In this document: one piece after another, positions 16,879 to 28,285 of the stretch
Numbering within the stretch: position 1 is the stretch's first letter
How the letters are laid out: each line of letters begins with the position of its first letter
Assembly (NCBI GenBank): GCA_963776345.1
Contig: CAVZMH010000020.1
Coordinates: 32,001-96,000 of the forward strand
Length of the DNA stretch: 64,000 nucleotides
Reading direction: 5' to 3'
Origin: an uncultured delta proteobacterium
GTDB lineage: Bacteria > Myxococcota > Myxococcia > Myxococcales > Myxococcaceae
Program-made: the position numbers and the translations under genes
Notes under the pieces: model-generated
What the model was told of the DNA's origin: nothing
What the model saw: only the letters and a program-made list of their open reading frames with translations
The model's database searches: none

Positions 16879-19800
16879 ATGCCCGAATCCCTGGTGGAGC
16901 GGTACGAGCAGCTCCTCGCCACCAATCCCACCTCCACCCTCTTCGTGGAGCTGGCTCGGGTGCTCGTCGAGCAGGGTGAGAACGCCCGCGCGGCCGAGGT
17001 GTGCCAGCAGGGGCTCGTTCACCATCCGGACAGCATCCACGGGTACGTGCTCTGGGGGAAGGCCCTCATCAGCCTGGGCCGCCCCGCCGAGGCGATGGAG
17101 CAGTTCGACCGGGCGGTGGCGGTCGACCGGTCCGACCCGCTCGCATACCACCTCATCTCGGAAGTCCTGGTGAGCAAGGGGCTGTACCGCTCGGCGCTGC
17201 CGCTGCTCCGCAAGGCGGTGGCCCTCTCGCCCGGGGACGACGAGGTGAAGACCTGGCTCGAGCAGACCCAAGGGGCGCTCGCCGGCGGCCCGGTCCCCAC
17301 CGTCCGGCCGGCGGTGCTGGACAACCCGCCCGAGCGGCCCCTTCGTCCGCGGGCCAACGGCAGCCCCACCGGGCGCAACGCCGCCGTCCGGTCCACCCGG
17401 ACCGGGAGCCTGCCGCCGCCGCCCCCGCCCGAGGCGCTGAGCGAGGCGGCAGGGGAAGACGCCGCTGCCCGAGCGAACGGGGTCGGGTTCCATCCCCGCG
17501 GCGGGCGACGGTCCGACGACGCCCGGTCCGAGCGATTACCCGGCGAGCGCCGTCGCCGCGAGCGAGGCCGGGCCGACCGGGGTGGAGACCGGGCCGCTCG
17601 CCGAGCCGAGCCTCCTGGCCGACGTGCCCGATGCCCCCGCGCCGACGGGCGCCATCCCCGCGGTGAAGCGGCCGCTCGCCACCGGCACCACCGAGGCCAT
17701 CGCCAAGGAGTACGAGAAGGCGCTCCGGGCCAAGGTGGCCGAGAAGGCACGAGACAGGAGCTGGATCCAGGTCCACGCCCTCAAGCTCGCCATCGCCACC
17801 GTGACGCTGGTGGCCCTGGTCGCGGGCGGGCTCGTGTACCGGCACACCCGGGCGGTCAACCAGGGCCGGAACCTGGCCGACGCGCTCGCCAGCGCGCGCA
17901 AGGCGCTGGCGCTGGACACGGCGGCGGGCGACCGGGCGGCGCTCGAGTCGCTGGCCCAGGCGCTCCGGATGGAGGAGGACAGCCCCGCGGCCTGGGACCT
18001 GACCGCCTACGCCCGCGCGGCGCTGGCGGACGAGCACGGCGGCACCGCGCAGGACCGCGCCCAGGCCGTGACCGCGCTCGGGCGCCCGAAGGCGGGCTCG
18101 AGCCACCCGGGCCTGGTCCTGGTGGCCCGGGCGATGGCCACGGAGGGCGCCGAGCGGGACGCCGCACGGAAGGCCATCCTCGAGTCGCCGCTGGACCTCT
18201 CCGAGGTGCACGACGCGGCGGGCCGGCTGCTCCTGGCCAAGGGCGACCCCAAGGCCGCGGTGCTCCACTTCAAGCGCGCGCTGGAGCTGAACGCGGGGAA
18301 CGTCCGGGCCCTGGTGGCGCTCGGCGACTACTACCGCGAGGCGGGCGACGACGCCGCCGCGCTCACCGTCTACTCCAGCGCCGAGCAGCTCTCGCCGGAC
18401 CACCCGGGCCGGGCGCTGGGCGAGGCCGAGAGCCGGCTCGCGCTGGAGCAGGACGTCACCCAGGCCCTGGCCGAGGTGGACAAGCTGGTGCCCGAGTCGC
18501 TCACCCCGGAGATGGCCGCCCGGCGCGCGCTGGACCGCGGGCGGCTGCTCTCGGCCAACGGGGCGCACGAGCAGGCGGTGAAGGTGCTCACCGAGGGCGC
18601 CTCCGGCGGGAAGCGGGCCTTCGACTTCCAGGTGGCGCTCGGCGACGCGCTCCGGGCGAGCGGTGACCTCACCGCGGCGCAGAAGGCGCTCGAGGCGGCG
18701 GTGAAGCAGAGGCCGAAGAGCGAGGAGGCGAAGGAGGCCCTGGGCCGGGTGCTGCTCGGGCGCGACCGCGAGCGCGAGCTCCTGCAGCGCTTCGCCGACG
18801 ACGCCGGTCGGCGGATGGCCCTCCTCCGGGGCGTCGCCTGGGGCCGGCTCCGAGATTGGAAGCGGGCGCGGGCCGAGCTGGCGAGGACCTCGGTCTCGGG
18901 GAAGTACCCCATCGAGGCGGTGGCCTGGCTCGCGCTGGCCGATGCGGCCGAGGGCGAGCCGGACAAGGCGCAGACGGTGCTCGAGCGCACCCTGGGGGCG
19001 GCGAAGCGGCCGAGGGCGGACGTGGCGGTGGCGCTGGGGAAGGTCTACTGGCAGCGCGGCATCCTGGACCGGGCCAAGGCCCAGTTCGAGGGCGCGAGCC
19101 GCGACCCGCGCGACTACGAGGGCGCGTGCGCCCTGGGCCGGCTGCTCTGGGTGTCGGGCTCCCCCGAGCGGGCGGTGGAGCCGCTCCAGCTCTCCATCCA
19201 GCGGAACCGGAGCCACGGCGAGAGCCGGCACGCGCTCGCCCGGGTGTACCTGGCGCTGGCCAAGCCGGCCGAGTCGCTGGCCCAGGCCGAGGCGTGGGCG
19301 GCGGAGAACCCCTCCAGCGCCGCCGCGCACAAGGACGTGGCGCTGGCCCTGGCGCAGGAGGGCAAGTGGAAGGAGTCCGAGACGGCGCTGAACCGCGCGC
19401 TGAAGCTCGACCCGCAGGACGCCGAGTCCCACCGGCTCCGGGCGAGCGTCCTCTTCGCCCGGGGCGACGGGCGCGGCGGCTTCGCGGCGCTGCAGAAGGC
19501 GAACACCCTCGCCCCGAAGGACAGCGAGGTGTTCTGCGCCATCGCACGGGCGTTCGTCCGGCAGGGCAATCTCCAGCAGGCGCAGAAGGCCTACCAGGCG
19601 GCGGTGCGCGAGGAGCCGGCCAGCGTGTGCGGCTTCGCGGGCGACGTGCTGCTCAAGCCGGCCGCGGGCAAGCCGCAGCTCTCGAAGCTCCAGGGCCTGT
19701 CGTCGGCGGCGCCGCGGGCGACGGATCGCGCCTGGGCAGCGGTCGCCGCGTCGCGGGTGGCGCTGGCGGCGGGCCGGGTGCAGGACGCCAAGCACAGCGC

Positions 19801-20107
19801 CGAGCTTGCGGTGGAGCTCCAGCCGTACCTCTCGGACGCGGCGCTCGCCCAGGGGCTGGTGCTCCGGAAGCTGCGCGACGAGACGAAGGCCCGCGAGCTC
19901 CTGGTCAAGGCGGTGCAGCTCGATCCCTCCGACGGGCCGGCCCGTCTGGCGCTCGCCGACGCGCTCGCCGCCGGGGGTGACACCGACGCTCGCCGGGCGT
20001 ACGAGGAATACGTGAACTTCACCCGCCTCGCCGCGAAGTCGCCGGACATGGCCCGGGTCAAGAAGCTGCTGCCGGCCCTCAAGAAGCGGGCGGCCCGGGC
20101 GCCGTGA
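16879..20107 (+). CDS. TPR-repeat membrane protein (one frameshift near 17480, probably an extra G)
   Basis: N-terminal TPRs in the frame of 16879; TM plus long TPR array in the frame of 17582; removing one G from GGGG at ~17479-17482 joins them. Confidence 0.8.
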
Positions 20108-20457
20108 ACCCGCGGCGCTTCCTCCAGGTCGTCGCCGGGAATGCGCTGGCGCTCTCGGCGCTGTACCTCGGCATCGGGGTGGTGGTGGAGGCCCTCCGCG
20201 TCCAGGCTCCCTCGGCCGGGGTGATGCGGGTCTCGTACGCGCTGGACGCGCTGCCGGCACGGGTGCTGGAGCGGCTGGGGCTGCTGCTCCCGCTGCGCGA
20301 GGCCTACACCGACGGGCGCATCGGCGAGGCCGTGGTGCGGCTGGTGTTCGGGGCCACGGCGGTGGGATTCGTGTTCGTGCTGGCGCTGGGGCTCGCGGCG
20401 ATGACCTTGCTGGTGCGCGAGCTGGTGATCCGGCGGCGGCATCCCGTCGAACCCTGA
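20104..20457 (+). CDS. Small membrane protein, hypothetical
   Basis: GTGA overlap with the TPR gene; two hydrophobic segments. Confidence 0.7.
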   Translation: MNPRRFLQVVAGNALALSALYLGIGVVVEALRVQAPSAGVMRVSYALDALPARVLERLGLLLPLREAYTDGRIGEAVVRLVFGATAVGFVFVLALGLAAMTLLVRELVIRRRHPVEP

Positions 20458-20873
20458 GCCGGGCCGAGCTGTGGCGAGCTGCGAGGTTCTGACGGGCGCG
20501 GGCGCGGCGCGGGTTCGAGCGGTGCCGATCTGTCCGACGCTGATCGGCCCCGAGCGGAGGCGGTTTCGAGGGCGTGCTCGCCCGGAGCCCGAAGTTGCTA
20601 TGTCCACGATTGCTCCGGACCTGCTCGCCTCGGGGGAGGCTTCCCCGGCGCGCAAGTCCGGCGTGGCTCGATCAGCCACACTCCCTGCCCCGGGCCGGCC
20701 GGGTGCTCGCGCGTGTTCGGTCCGGGCGCCCGCTGTCCGCGGCGCCGCTCTACGGCTGCCGCTCGTGCCGTTCGCCCGGAAGGCAGACCCCGTCAGGGTC
20801 TGGCGCCGCCTCGAAGGTGATCGCCCCGCAGTGACAGCGTCCGTCGATCCGCATTCTGTGTTCGCTCAGAGCC

Positions 20874-22886
20874 TCAGCCCGCGCTTCCGCCCTCGGCCTT
20901 CGGGGCGTGGTCGCGGGCGCCGCGGCAGATCTCCACCACCTTCGGGCCGAAGCGCTCCCAGCTCGTCGCCCCCGTCCCCTTCACCGCGAGGAAGTCCTCG
21001 CGGTTGAGCGGGAGCGCCGTGGCGAGCGCCTGCAGCGTCTTGTCGTTGAAGAGGATGAACGGCGGCAGGTCCAGGTCGCGCGAGAGGTCGCGGCGGAAGC
21101 GGCGCAGCGCCTCGGCGGCCTGGTCGTTCATCGGGCCCTCGGCGACGCGCTCCTTGGACTTGTAGATGCTCGACTTGGTGGTGGTCCGCGCCGGCGGAGG
21201 CTCGACCCGCGTCCGCGTGCCGGAGCAGACGTCACAGCCGTTGCACTCGAGGTCCCGGGTGTCCTCGCCGAAGTAGTTCAGGACGAAGGCCCGCCGGCAG
21301 GTCTTGGCGTAGGCGTAGTCCGTCATCCGGCGGAGGAGGAGCAGCGCCCGGCGCTCCTGGCGGCGCACCCTCTCCAGCGAGAGGTCGAGGGCGTGGAATG
21401 GCAACCGCTGCAGCGGCCGGATGGCTCGGCCGGCGAAGGGCTTCCGGACCGAGATGGCCTTCGCCCGCTCCAGCGCCGAGAGCGCCCGCCGCAGGTCCTT
21501 GTCCGGAAGCCCCACCCGGGCGCAGAGGGCCCGGAGCTGGATGGAGAGCGTGCCGTCGCCCGCCTCCGCCTGGAGCGCCTCGAGCAGCGCCTTCGCCGAC
21601 CGGGCGTGGACGTCCGCCTTCGGGTCCAGCACCCGGATGCCGTACGCACCGGCGCCCGGGGCCTGCATCTCCAGCAGGCCCTCGCGCTCGAGGATGCGCA
21701 GCGCGGCCGAGACCTCGAACTCGCTCGCCCCCACCGCGCTGGCCAGCGCCTCCTGCCCGCGGGCGAAGACCTCCGCCGTCTGGAGCACGTTCCACACGTC
21801 GGCGATGACCGCCTCGGAGGGGTGGTTGCTCTCGATGAGCCGCTCCTGGGTGAAGACGTCGGCGTGGTTGAAGAGGAGCAGCGCGTGGGCCGGTTTCCCG
21901 TCGCGTCCGGCCCGACCCACCTCCTGGTAGTAGGCCTCCACCGCGCGCGGGATGTTGGCGTGGATGACGAAGCGAATGTCCGGCTTGTCGATGCCCATCC
22001 CGAAGGCGTTGGTGGCCACCGCCACCGCCGACGGGTCTCCCATGAAGCGGTCCTGCGCCCGGTGCCGCTCCGCCTCGTCCATGCCCGCGTGGTACACGAC
22101 CGGGTCGTGCCCGCGGAGCCGGAGCGCGGCCTGCATCGCGTCCGCCTGCTTCCGGGTGGCGCAGTAGACGATGCCGCTCCCGCCCTCGGCGATGAGCCGG
22201 GCGCAGGCCGTGCGGCGCTCCTCGTCCCCCGAGATGCGCAGCACCTCGAGGAAGAGGTTGGGGCGGTCGAACCCGGCGACGAAGACCCGCGGGTCCTTCA
22301 TCAGGAGGCTCTTGACGATGTCCTCCCGGACCTCCGGGCTCGCGGTCGCGGTGAGAGCGACCGTCCTGGGCGGGCGAAGCCGCTTCCGGACCTGCCCCAG
22401 CAGCGCGTAGTCGGGCCGGAAGTCGTGCCCCCACTGGCTGATGCAGTGGGCCTCGTCGACGGCGAGGAGCTCGACGCCGACCTCGCCCAGCGCCTCGAGG
22501 AAGCTCGAGCTCCGGAAACGCTCGGGGGCCACGTAGACCAGCCGGTACGCCCCGGCGCGCATCTTCCGGATGCGCTCGGCGCGCTCGAGCTCGGGGACGG
22601 TGGAGTTGATGAGCGTCGCCGAGATGCCGCGGGCCTCCAGCTGCTCCACCTGGTCCTTCATCAGGGAGATGAGCGGGGAGACGACCAAGGTCAGGCCCTT
22701 CAGCATCACCGCCGGCAGCTGGTAGCAGAGGCTCTTCCCGGCGCCGGTGGGCATCAGCACCACCACGTTGCGTCCGGCGAGCACCGAGTCCACCACCTCG
22801 GCCTGGCCCGGCCGGAAGGCGGTGAGTCCAAACGATTTCTCGAGCTCCGCGCGCGCGTCGTCGTGGAACCGGAGCGGCTCCGTCAT
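20874..22886 (-). CDS. recQ: RecQ family ATP-dependent DNA helicase with HRDC domain
   Basis: FRPGQ, MPTGAGKSLCYQLP, DEAHCISQWGHDFRP, ATNAFGMGIDK, QEVGRAGRDG, CRR...C..CDVC, C-terminal HRDC. Confidence 0.93.
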   Translation of the reverse strand: MTEPLRFHDDARAELEKSFGLTAFRPGQAEVVDSVLAGRNVVVLMPTGAGKSLCYQLPAVMLKGLTLVVSPLISLMKDQVEQLEARGISATLINSTVPELERAERIRKMRAGAYRLVYVAPERFRSSSFLEALGEVGVELLAVDEAHCISQWGHDFRPDYALLGQVRKRLRPPRTVALTATASPEVREDIVKSLLMKDPRVFVAGFDRPNLFLEVLRISGDEERRTACARLIAEGGSGIVYCATRKQADAMQAALRLRGHDPVVYHAGMDEAERHRAQDRFMGDPSAVAVATNAFGMGIDKPDIRFVIHANIPRAVEAYYQEVGRAGRDGKPAHALLLFNHADVFTQERLIESNHPSEAVIADVWNVLQTAEVFARGQEALASAVGASEFEVSAALRILEREGLLEMQAPGAGAYGIRVLDPKADVHARSAKALLEALQAEAGDGTLSIQLRALCARVGLPDKDLRRALSALERAKAISVRKPFAGRAIRPLQRLPFHALDLSLERVRRQERRALLLLRRMTDYAYAKTCRRAFVLNYFGEDTRDLECNGCDVCSGTRTRVEPPPARTTTKSSIYKSKERVAEGPMNDQAAEALRRFRRDLSRDLDLPPFILFNDKTLQALATALPLNREDFLAVKGTGATSWERFGPKVVEICRGARDHAPKAEGGSAG

Positions 22887-22897
22887 GCTCCGCATCT

Positions 22898-23623
22898 TCA
22901 CTGTTTGCCTCCAGCCGTCAACGCCTCTCCCGACACGGGCGGGAGCACGTGGAGGAGCCCGGCCCGGGCCAGCGAGACGTACCGCCCGGCTCCGACCACC
23001 AGGTGGTCGAGGACGCGGAGGTGGAAAATTCTGGCACCAGCCTGCAGCTCGCGGGTCAGAGCCAGGTCGGCCTCGGAGGGCTCGGGGTCTCCCGACGGAT
23101 GGTTGTGGGCGAAGATGACCGCGGTGGCCCGCGCGCCGAGCGCCGCCCGGAAGACCTCGCGGGGGTCCACGGTGCAGGCGTCCGTCGTCCCCTCCGCCAC
23201 CCGCGCGTCCGCCAGCAGCACGTTCCGGGTGTTGAACGACAGGACGTGGAACACCTCGCGCCGGAGCAGCGCGATGCGGGGCGCGAGGTAGCGGTACACC
23301 TCGCCGGCGGTGCGGAGCCGGGGCCGGCCGTCCGGGGCCAGGTGGGCGCGCCGGGCGAGCTCGAGCGCGGCCAGCACCTGCGCGGCGCGCTCGCGTCCGA
23401 GGCCCGCCGCGCTGCACAGCTCCGAGGGCTCCATGCTCGCCAGCGCCCGGAGCCCGCCCGCGGCGGCGAGCAGCGACTCGCCCAGGCCGCGCACGGTGCG
23501 GCTCTTGCCGCCGAAGAGCAGGCCGAGGAGCTCGGCGTCGTCCAGCGCCCCCGGCGCCCGGAGCAGACGCTCGCGCAGCGCCTGCACCGTTCCGTCCTCG
23601 GTCTCGGAAGCCCCCCGCTCCAC
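22898..23623 (-). CDS. radC: RadC / JAB-domain protein
   Basis: RERLL..GALDDAELL, HNHPSGDPEPSEAD, VLDHLVVG. Confidence 0.93.
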   Translation of the reverse strand: MERGASETEDGTVQALRERLLRAPGALDDAELLGLLFGGKSRTVRGLGESLLAAAGGLRALASMEPSELCSAAGLGRERAAQVLAALELARRAHLAPDGRPRLRTAGEVYRYLAPRIALLRREVFHVLSFNTRNVLLADARVAEGTTDACTVDPREVFRAALGARATAVIFAHNHPSGDPEPSEADLALTRELQAGARIFHLRVLDHLVVGAGRYVSLARAGLLHVLPPVSGEALTAGGKQ

Positions 23624-23710
23624 GGTCCCGGAAGGGGAGCAAGCGACGTGCCCGGGGCCCCCTGTGAACGAAGGTTCAGCGCGCCGTCCGGAGTGCCGGC
23701 CGCGAGGGTC

Positions 23711-24172
23711 CTAGAACTTGGACATCGCGAACAGCGCCTTCATCTTCTCGTTGGTATCGCGCAGGCGGGCGGAGAGCGTCCGCACCAGCGCCCAGAGCAC
23801 CGAGTACGCGAGCTCCTTGTCGGTGAAGAGGAGCTGGTCCAGCGGATCCCGGCCGATGCGGAGCAGGACCGCCTCTCCCTCGTGGGCGATGGCGTCCGCC
23901 GACCGCAGGCCCTCCTCGACCACCGCCATCTCGCCGAACGCTGCCCCGGGCTCGAGGATGGCCAGCGCCTCCTCACCCATCCCCGGGAGCTGCCGGGAGA
24001 TGCGGACCTTGCCCTCGACGACCACGTACATCGACGCGCCCGGCTCGCCCTCCCGGAAGACGTACTTCCCTCGGGAGACCCGCTCGGCCTCGCAGAGGGC
24101 GGCGAGCTTCTTGAGCTGGGCCTGGCTCAACCCTTCGAACAGCGGCACCCGCGCGAGCAGGTCAAGATTCAT
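23711..24172 (-). CDS. Stand-alone cyclic-nucleotide-binding domain protein
   Basis: VPLFEGL, FREGEPG.SMYVV.EG.V, FGEMA, RSA; no HTH. Confidence 0.9.
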   Translation of the reverse strand: MNLDLLARVPLFEGLSQAQLKKLAALCEAERVSRGKYVFREGEPGASMYVVVEGKVRISRQLPGMGEEALAILEPGAAFGEMAVVEEGLRSADAIAHEGEAVLLRIGRDPLDQLLFTDKELAYSVLWALVRTLSARLRDTNEKMKALFAMSKF

Positions 24173-24207
24173 GGCATTCGTGCCACCCTCGTAGCACTCT
24201 TTCCGCC

Positions 24208-25170
24208 ATGGCCGACACCGTGCATGCCGTCACCATCATTGGCTCCGGGCCCGCGGGGTACACCGCCGCCATCTACGCTGCCCGGGCGAACCTCCACCCC
24301 GTCCTCTACGCCGGCGGCCCCGCGATGGACGAGCCTGCCAGGGTTCCGGGCGGTCAGCTGATGATCACCACCGATGTCGAGAACTACCCGGGGTTCCCCG
24401 AGGCCATCACCGGCCCGGAGCTGATGGAGCGGTTCAAGGCCCAGGCCGAGCGGTTCGGGACGGTCATCCACATGGAGAACGTCACCCAGGTGGACCTCTC
24501 GGCCCGGCCCTTCACCCTCCAGGACGAGAGCGGACGCACCCTGAAGACCCAGACGCTCATCATCGCCACCGGCGCCTCGGCGAAGTGGCTGAACGTGCCC
24601 GGCGAGGCCGAGTACACCAACCGCGGCGTCTCGGCCTGCGCCACCTGCGACGGCGCCTTCTTCAAGGGCGAGGAGGTCTTCGTGGTGGGCGGCGGGGACA
24701 CCGCGATGGAGGAGGCCACCTACCTCGCGAAGATCGTCAAGAAGGTGACCGTGCTGCACCGCCGTGACCAGTTCCGGGCCTCGAAGATCATGCAGCACCG
24801 GGTGCTCGGCAATCCGAAGATCTCGGTGGTCTGGAACACCGTGGTCGAGGAGGTCCTCGGCGACGGCAAGCGGATGACCGGCGCCCGGGTGAAGAACGTG
24901 AAGACGGGCGAGGTGATGACCCTGAGCGCTGGCGGGCTGTTCGTGGCGATCGGCCACCGGCCGACCACCGGGTTGTTCGAGGACTGCCTCGAGACCCACG
25001 AGACCGGCTACCTCAAGACCGTGCCCGGCAGCACCCGGACCAGCGTGGACGGCGTCTTCGCCTGTGGCGACGTGCAGGACTCGGTGTACCGGCAGGCGGT
25101 CACCGCTGCCGGAACCGGCTGCATGGCCGCCATCGAGGCCGAGCGCTTCCTGGTGGAGCACGGGGCGTGA
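24208..25170 (+). CDS. trxB: Thioredoxin reductase
   Basis: [49 protein letters not shown]. Confidence 0.97.
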   Translation: MADTVHAVTIIGSGPAGYTAAIYAARANLHPVLYAGGPAMDEPARVPGGQLMITTDVENYPGFPEAITGPELMERFKAQAERFGTVIHMENVTQVDLSARPFTLQDESGRTLKTQTLIIATGASAKWLNVPGEAEYTNRGVSACATCDGAFFKGEEVFVVGGGDTAMEEATYLAKIVKKVTVLHRRDQFRASKIMQHRVLGNPKISVVWNTVVEEVLGDGKRMTGARVKNVKTGEVMTLSAGGLFVAIGHRPTTGLFEDCLETHETGYLKTVPGSTRTSVDGVFACGDVQDSVYRQAVTAAGTGCMAAIEAERFLVEHGA

Positions 25171-26351
25171 CTTCCCCCGGGAAGCCGGCCACCGTGGCCA
25201 TCCACGCCGGGAGCCGGCTCCCGGAGAGCAGCGCGGTTCCCATCACCCCGGCGGTCTACCCGGCGGCGGTGAGCTGGTTCGACTCGGCCGACGAGCTCGA
25301 CGCCGCGCTGGACGGCAAGGACTTCGTCTACACCCGCATCCGCGGCGAGAACTCGGTGCTGCTCGAGGAGGCGGTGGCCGCGCTCGAGGGCGCCGAGGCG
25401 GCGGCGGTCTTCGGCAGCGGCATGGCGGCGCTCCGGGCGGTCTTCGACGCTCAGGGCCTCGCCCCTGGCGACCGGGTCGTGCTGCCCCTCGACGGCTACG
25501 GCGCCACGCGGGCGCTGTTCAAGCGGCTGGCCGAGCAGCAGCGGGTCGAGCTGCATGCGCTGAAGCTCAGCGACGGGTCGGCGACCGAGCGCATCGCCGC
25601 CATCCGTCCGAAGCTGGTCCTCGCCGAGAGCATGACCAACCCGCTCCTCGCGGTTCCGGACCTCCCGGCCATCGCCCGGGCGGCGCACGGAGTGGGCGCG
25701 GCGTTCGTCGTCGACGGGACGTTCACCTCGCCGGTGCTCCAGCAGACGCTGACCCAGGGCGCGGACTACGCGCTGCACTCGACCACCAAGTGGATCAACG
25801 GGCACTCGGACGCGACCGGCGGCGTGGTCTCGGGGACGCGGGCGCGCATCGAGCCGCTCCGTGGCGCCCGGGTGCTCGAGGGTGCCCTGCTCGGTCCCTT
25901 CGAGTCCTGGCTCACGCTCCGTGGCCTCCGGACGCTCCCGGTCCGGATGGCGGCTCACTGCACGCACGCGCTGCACGTGGCCCGGCGGCTCCGCGAGAGC
26001 GGGCGCATCGCCCGGGTCGTCTACCCCGGGCTCCCGGACCATCCGGACCACGCGACCGCGCGCGGCCTGCTGAAGGGCGGGTTCGGCGGGATGGTGGCCT
26101 TCGAGATCGCCGGCGCGGGCCGGGCCGAGTCGTTCCGCTTCCTCGAGGCGCTGGAGCTCTGCCGCCCGGCGCCCTCGCTCGGCGACGTGACGACGCTGGT
26201 GATGCATGCGGCCAGCGCGAGCGCCCGGCGGCTCACGCCCCAGGAGCGCGCGGCGGCCGGAATCGGCGAGAACCTCATCCGCGTGTCGGTGGGACTCGAG
26301 GATCCGGACGACATCGCCGAGGACCTCCTCCAGGCGGTGGGCCGGCCATGA
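25167..26351 (+). CDS. Cys/Met metabolism PLP enzyme (cystathionine gamma-synthase/lyase family)
   Basis: [47 protein letters not shown]. Confidence 0.92.
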   Translation: MTSPGKPATVAIHAGSRLPESSAVPITPAVYPAAVSWFDSADELDAALDGKDFVYTRIRGENSVLLEEAVAALEGAEAAAVFGSGMAALRAVFDAQGLAPGDRVVLPLDGYGATRALFKRLAEQQRVELHALKLSDGSATERIAAIRPKLVLAESMTNPLLAVPDLPAIARAAHGVGAAFVVDGTFTSPVLQQTLTQGADYALHSTTKWINGHSDATGGVVSGTRARIEPLRGARVLEGALLGPFESWLTLRGLRTLPVRMAAHCTHALHVARRLRESGRIARVVYPGLPDHPDHATARGLLKGGFGGMVAFEIAGAGRAESFRFLEALELCRPAPSLGDVTTLVMHAASASARRLTPQERAAAGIGENLIRVSVGLEDPDDIAEDLLQAVGRP

Positions 26352-26791
26352 AGATGGTGGACGTCGGCGGCAAGGAGCGCACCGAGCGCGTGGCGGTGGC
26401 CACGGCCCGGCTGCGGATGCAGCCCGAGACCGTCGCTCGCATCCGGGACGGCCGGGTGGAGAAGGGCGACGTGCTCGCCGCGGCCCGGCTCGCCGGGGTG
26501 ATGGCCACCAAGCGCACCCCGGACCTGATTCCCCTCTGTCATCCCATCGCCCTCACCGGGGTGACGGTCGAGGTCACCCTGGACGAGGAGGGCGCGCGCG
26601 TCCGGGCCGAGGTGAGGACGCTCGACCGCACCGGCGTGGAGATGGAGGCCCTGACCGCGGCGGCGACCGCGGCGCTGACCATCTACGACATGGTGAAGAG
26701 CGTGGACCGGGGGATGGTCATCGAGTCGGTGCAGCTGGAGCACAAGGCCGGCGGCCGCACCGGCACCTGGGACCGCGGCGCGGCAGGGTAG
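26348..26791 (+). CDS. moaC: Cyclic pyranopterin monophosphate synthase MoaC
   Basis: [37 protein letters not shown]. Confidence 0.96.
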   Translation: MKMVDVGGKERTERVAVATARLRMQPETVARIRDGRVEKGDVLAAARLAGVMATKRTPDLIPLCHPIALTGVTVEVTLDEEGARVRAEVRTLDRTGVEMEALTAAATAALTIYDMVKSVDRGMVIESVQLEHKAGGRTGTWDRGAAG

Positions 26792-26803
26792 GGCGCACGC
26801 TCG

Positions 26804-27565
26804 ATGTCCATCGCGCCGGTGGAGGTCGCCCTCGACGTCCTGCTCGGCGCGGGCATCGGCGTCCTGAGCGGCATCGTGGGCATCGGCGGCGGGCTGTTCA
26901 TCATCCCGCTGCTCGGGGTGGCGTTCGGCCTGACGCAGCAGCGAGCGCAGGGGACGGCGCTGGTGATGGTGGTGCCGAACGTGCTGCTCGGGCTGTGGCG
27001 GTACGCGCGCTACCGCGGCTTCGACCCCCGGGGGGCGCTGGTGCTCTCGCTCTCGGCGCCGGTGTTCACCTACCTCGGCGCCCGGATCGCCACCGCGGCG
27101 CCGTCGAGCACGCTGCGCATCGCCTTCGCCGGATTCATGCTGGCGCTGGCCGTCTTCTACGGGCTGCGGAGCCGCTCGGCCGAGCTCCGCATCGACCCCG
27201 AGGCCCGGCTGCCCGGGCGGCTGGCGGTGGCGCTCGGGGTGGTGGGCGGACTCGTCTCGGGGCTGTTCGGCGTGGGCGGCTCGCTGTTCGCGGTCCCGCT
27301 GATGACCACCCTCCGGGCGATGGGGCAGGCCACGGCGCAGGGGATGGGGCTGGCCCTGGTCGCGCCGGGGACGGTGGTGAACCTCTGGGTGTACGGGCGG
27401 GCCGGGAACGTGGACTGGGTCCGCGGGATCGCGCTCGCGGTGGGCGGCGTGGCGACGATGCCGGTCGGGGTGGCCATCGCCCACCGGCTCCCCGAGCGCG
27501 CGCTCCGCGCCATCTTCGGAGCGGTGGCGCTGGTCAGCGCGGTGGGGCTGTTCCTCCGTCGCTGA
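26804..27565 (+). CDS. TauE/SafE family sulfite exporter
   Basis: Duplicated G.GGG...P motifs, AQGTAL, about 8 TM segments. Confidence 0.88.
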   Translation: MSIAPVEVALDVLLGAGIGVLSGIVGIGGGLFIIPLLGVAFGLTQQRAQGTALVMVVPNVLLGLWRYARYRGFDPRGALVLSLSAPVFTYLGARIATAAPSSTLRIAFAGFMLALAVFYGLRSRSAELRIDPEARLPGRLAVALGVVGGLVSGLFGVGGSLFAVPLMTTLRAMGQATAQGMGLALVAPGTVVNLWVYGRAGNVDWVRGIALAVGGVATMPVGVAIAHRLPERALRAIFGAVALVSAVGLFLRR

Positions 27566-27655
27566 ACGAGGTCGGGCTCAGCTCAGCGCGAGGAGCGCGG
27601 CCAGGCTGGCCACAGCGCCACTGCCCGTGCCGTGGCCACGCCCCGGAGGATGGGG

Positions 27656-28285
27656 TCAGTGCGGCGCGCCGACGAACCAGATCTCGCTGATCACGGTCAC
27701 CCGCAACGTCCGGCCCTCGCCGAGGACGACCTTCGCGTATTCGCCGGGCAGGAGCCGGGTGGCCGCCTCCTGGGAGGGCCGATCGACCCGGATCGGCACT
27801 CCGCCGGGCGGGATCTCCACCTCGCTCGCGGGCTCCACGCGGATCACCTGGGCGAATCCGGTCCCGGCGTGCACCAGGTACAAGCGATCCGGCGTGCCCA
27901 GCGCCCGATAGGCGAGCCCGCGGCCGACGATCGGGGCGACGCGGTCCTCGCGCTCGAGCTGCACCCGGACCCCGTCGGTCAGCCTTCGACCCTCGGGGCT
28001 CTCGGCCCCGAAGCGCCATAGCGCGCCGGTGAGGTGCTGCCCGGCCCGGGTGCTCGCCGGGACCTCGACCACGAGGCGGTACTCGGCGTCGTCGAAGCCG
28101 CGGCTCTCGGGGAGCTCGAGGTGCGTCACCCGCACCCGGGCCAGCCGCAGCGAGTCGCCCGGGCCCGCCGGACCGATGAGGAGGAAGGTCGCCTGCCCGC
28201 TGCCGAAGAGGAGCGGCCCCTGACGCGCCCGCGCGGCCTCCGGCGACAGGGTCAGCGAGAGCACCAGCGCCAGGACCGCGCTCAT
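27656..28285 (-). CDS. Secreted hypothetical protein
   Basis: Signal-peptide-like N-terminus; ATGA overlap with the NUDIX gene. Confidence 0.6.
   Translation of the reverse strand: MSAVLALVLSLTLSPEAARARQGPLLFGSGQATFLLIGPAGPGDSLRLARVRVTHLELPESRGFDDAEYRLVVEVPASTRAGQHLTGALWRFGAESPEGRRLTDGVRVQLEREDRVAPIVGRGLAYRALGTPDRLYLVHAGTGFAQVIRVEPASEVEIPPGGVPIRVDRPSQEAATRLLPGEYAKVVLGEGRTLRVTVISEIWFVGAPH

Noticed and set aside
16804..18666. Separate 620-aa and 841-aa genes, or a programmed frameshift in the TPR gene
   Set aside because: The break is in a G homopolymer with no recoding signal; one indel joins the two parts
22898..23623. radC as a mobile-element marker
   Set aside because: Full-length chromosomal type with N-terminal HhH region, flanked by housekeeping genes
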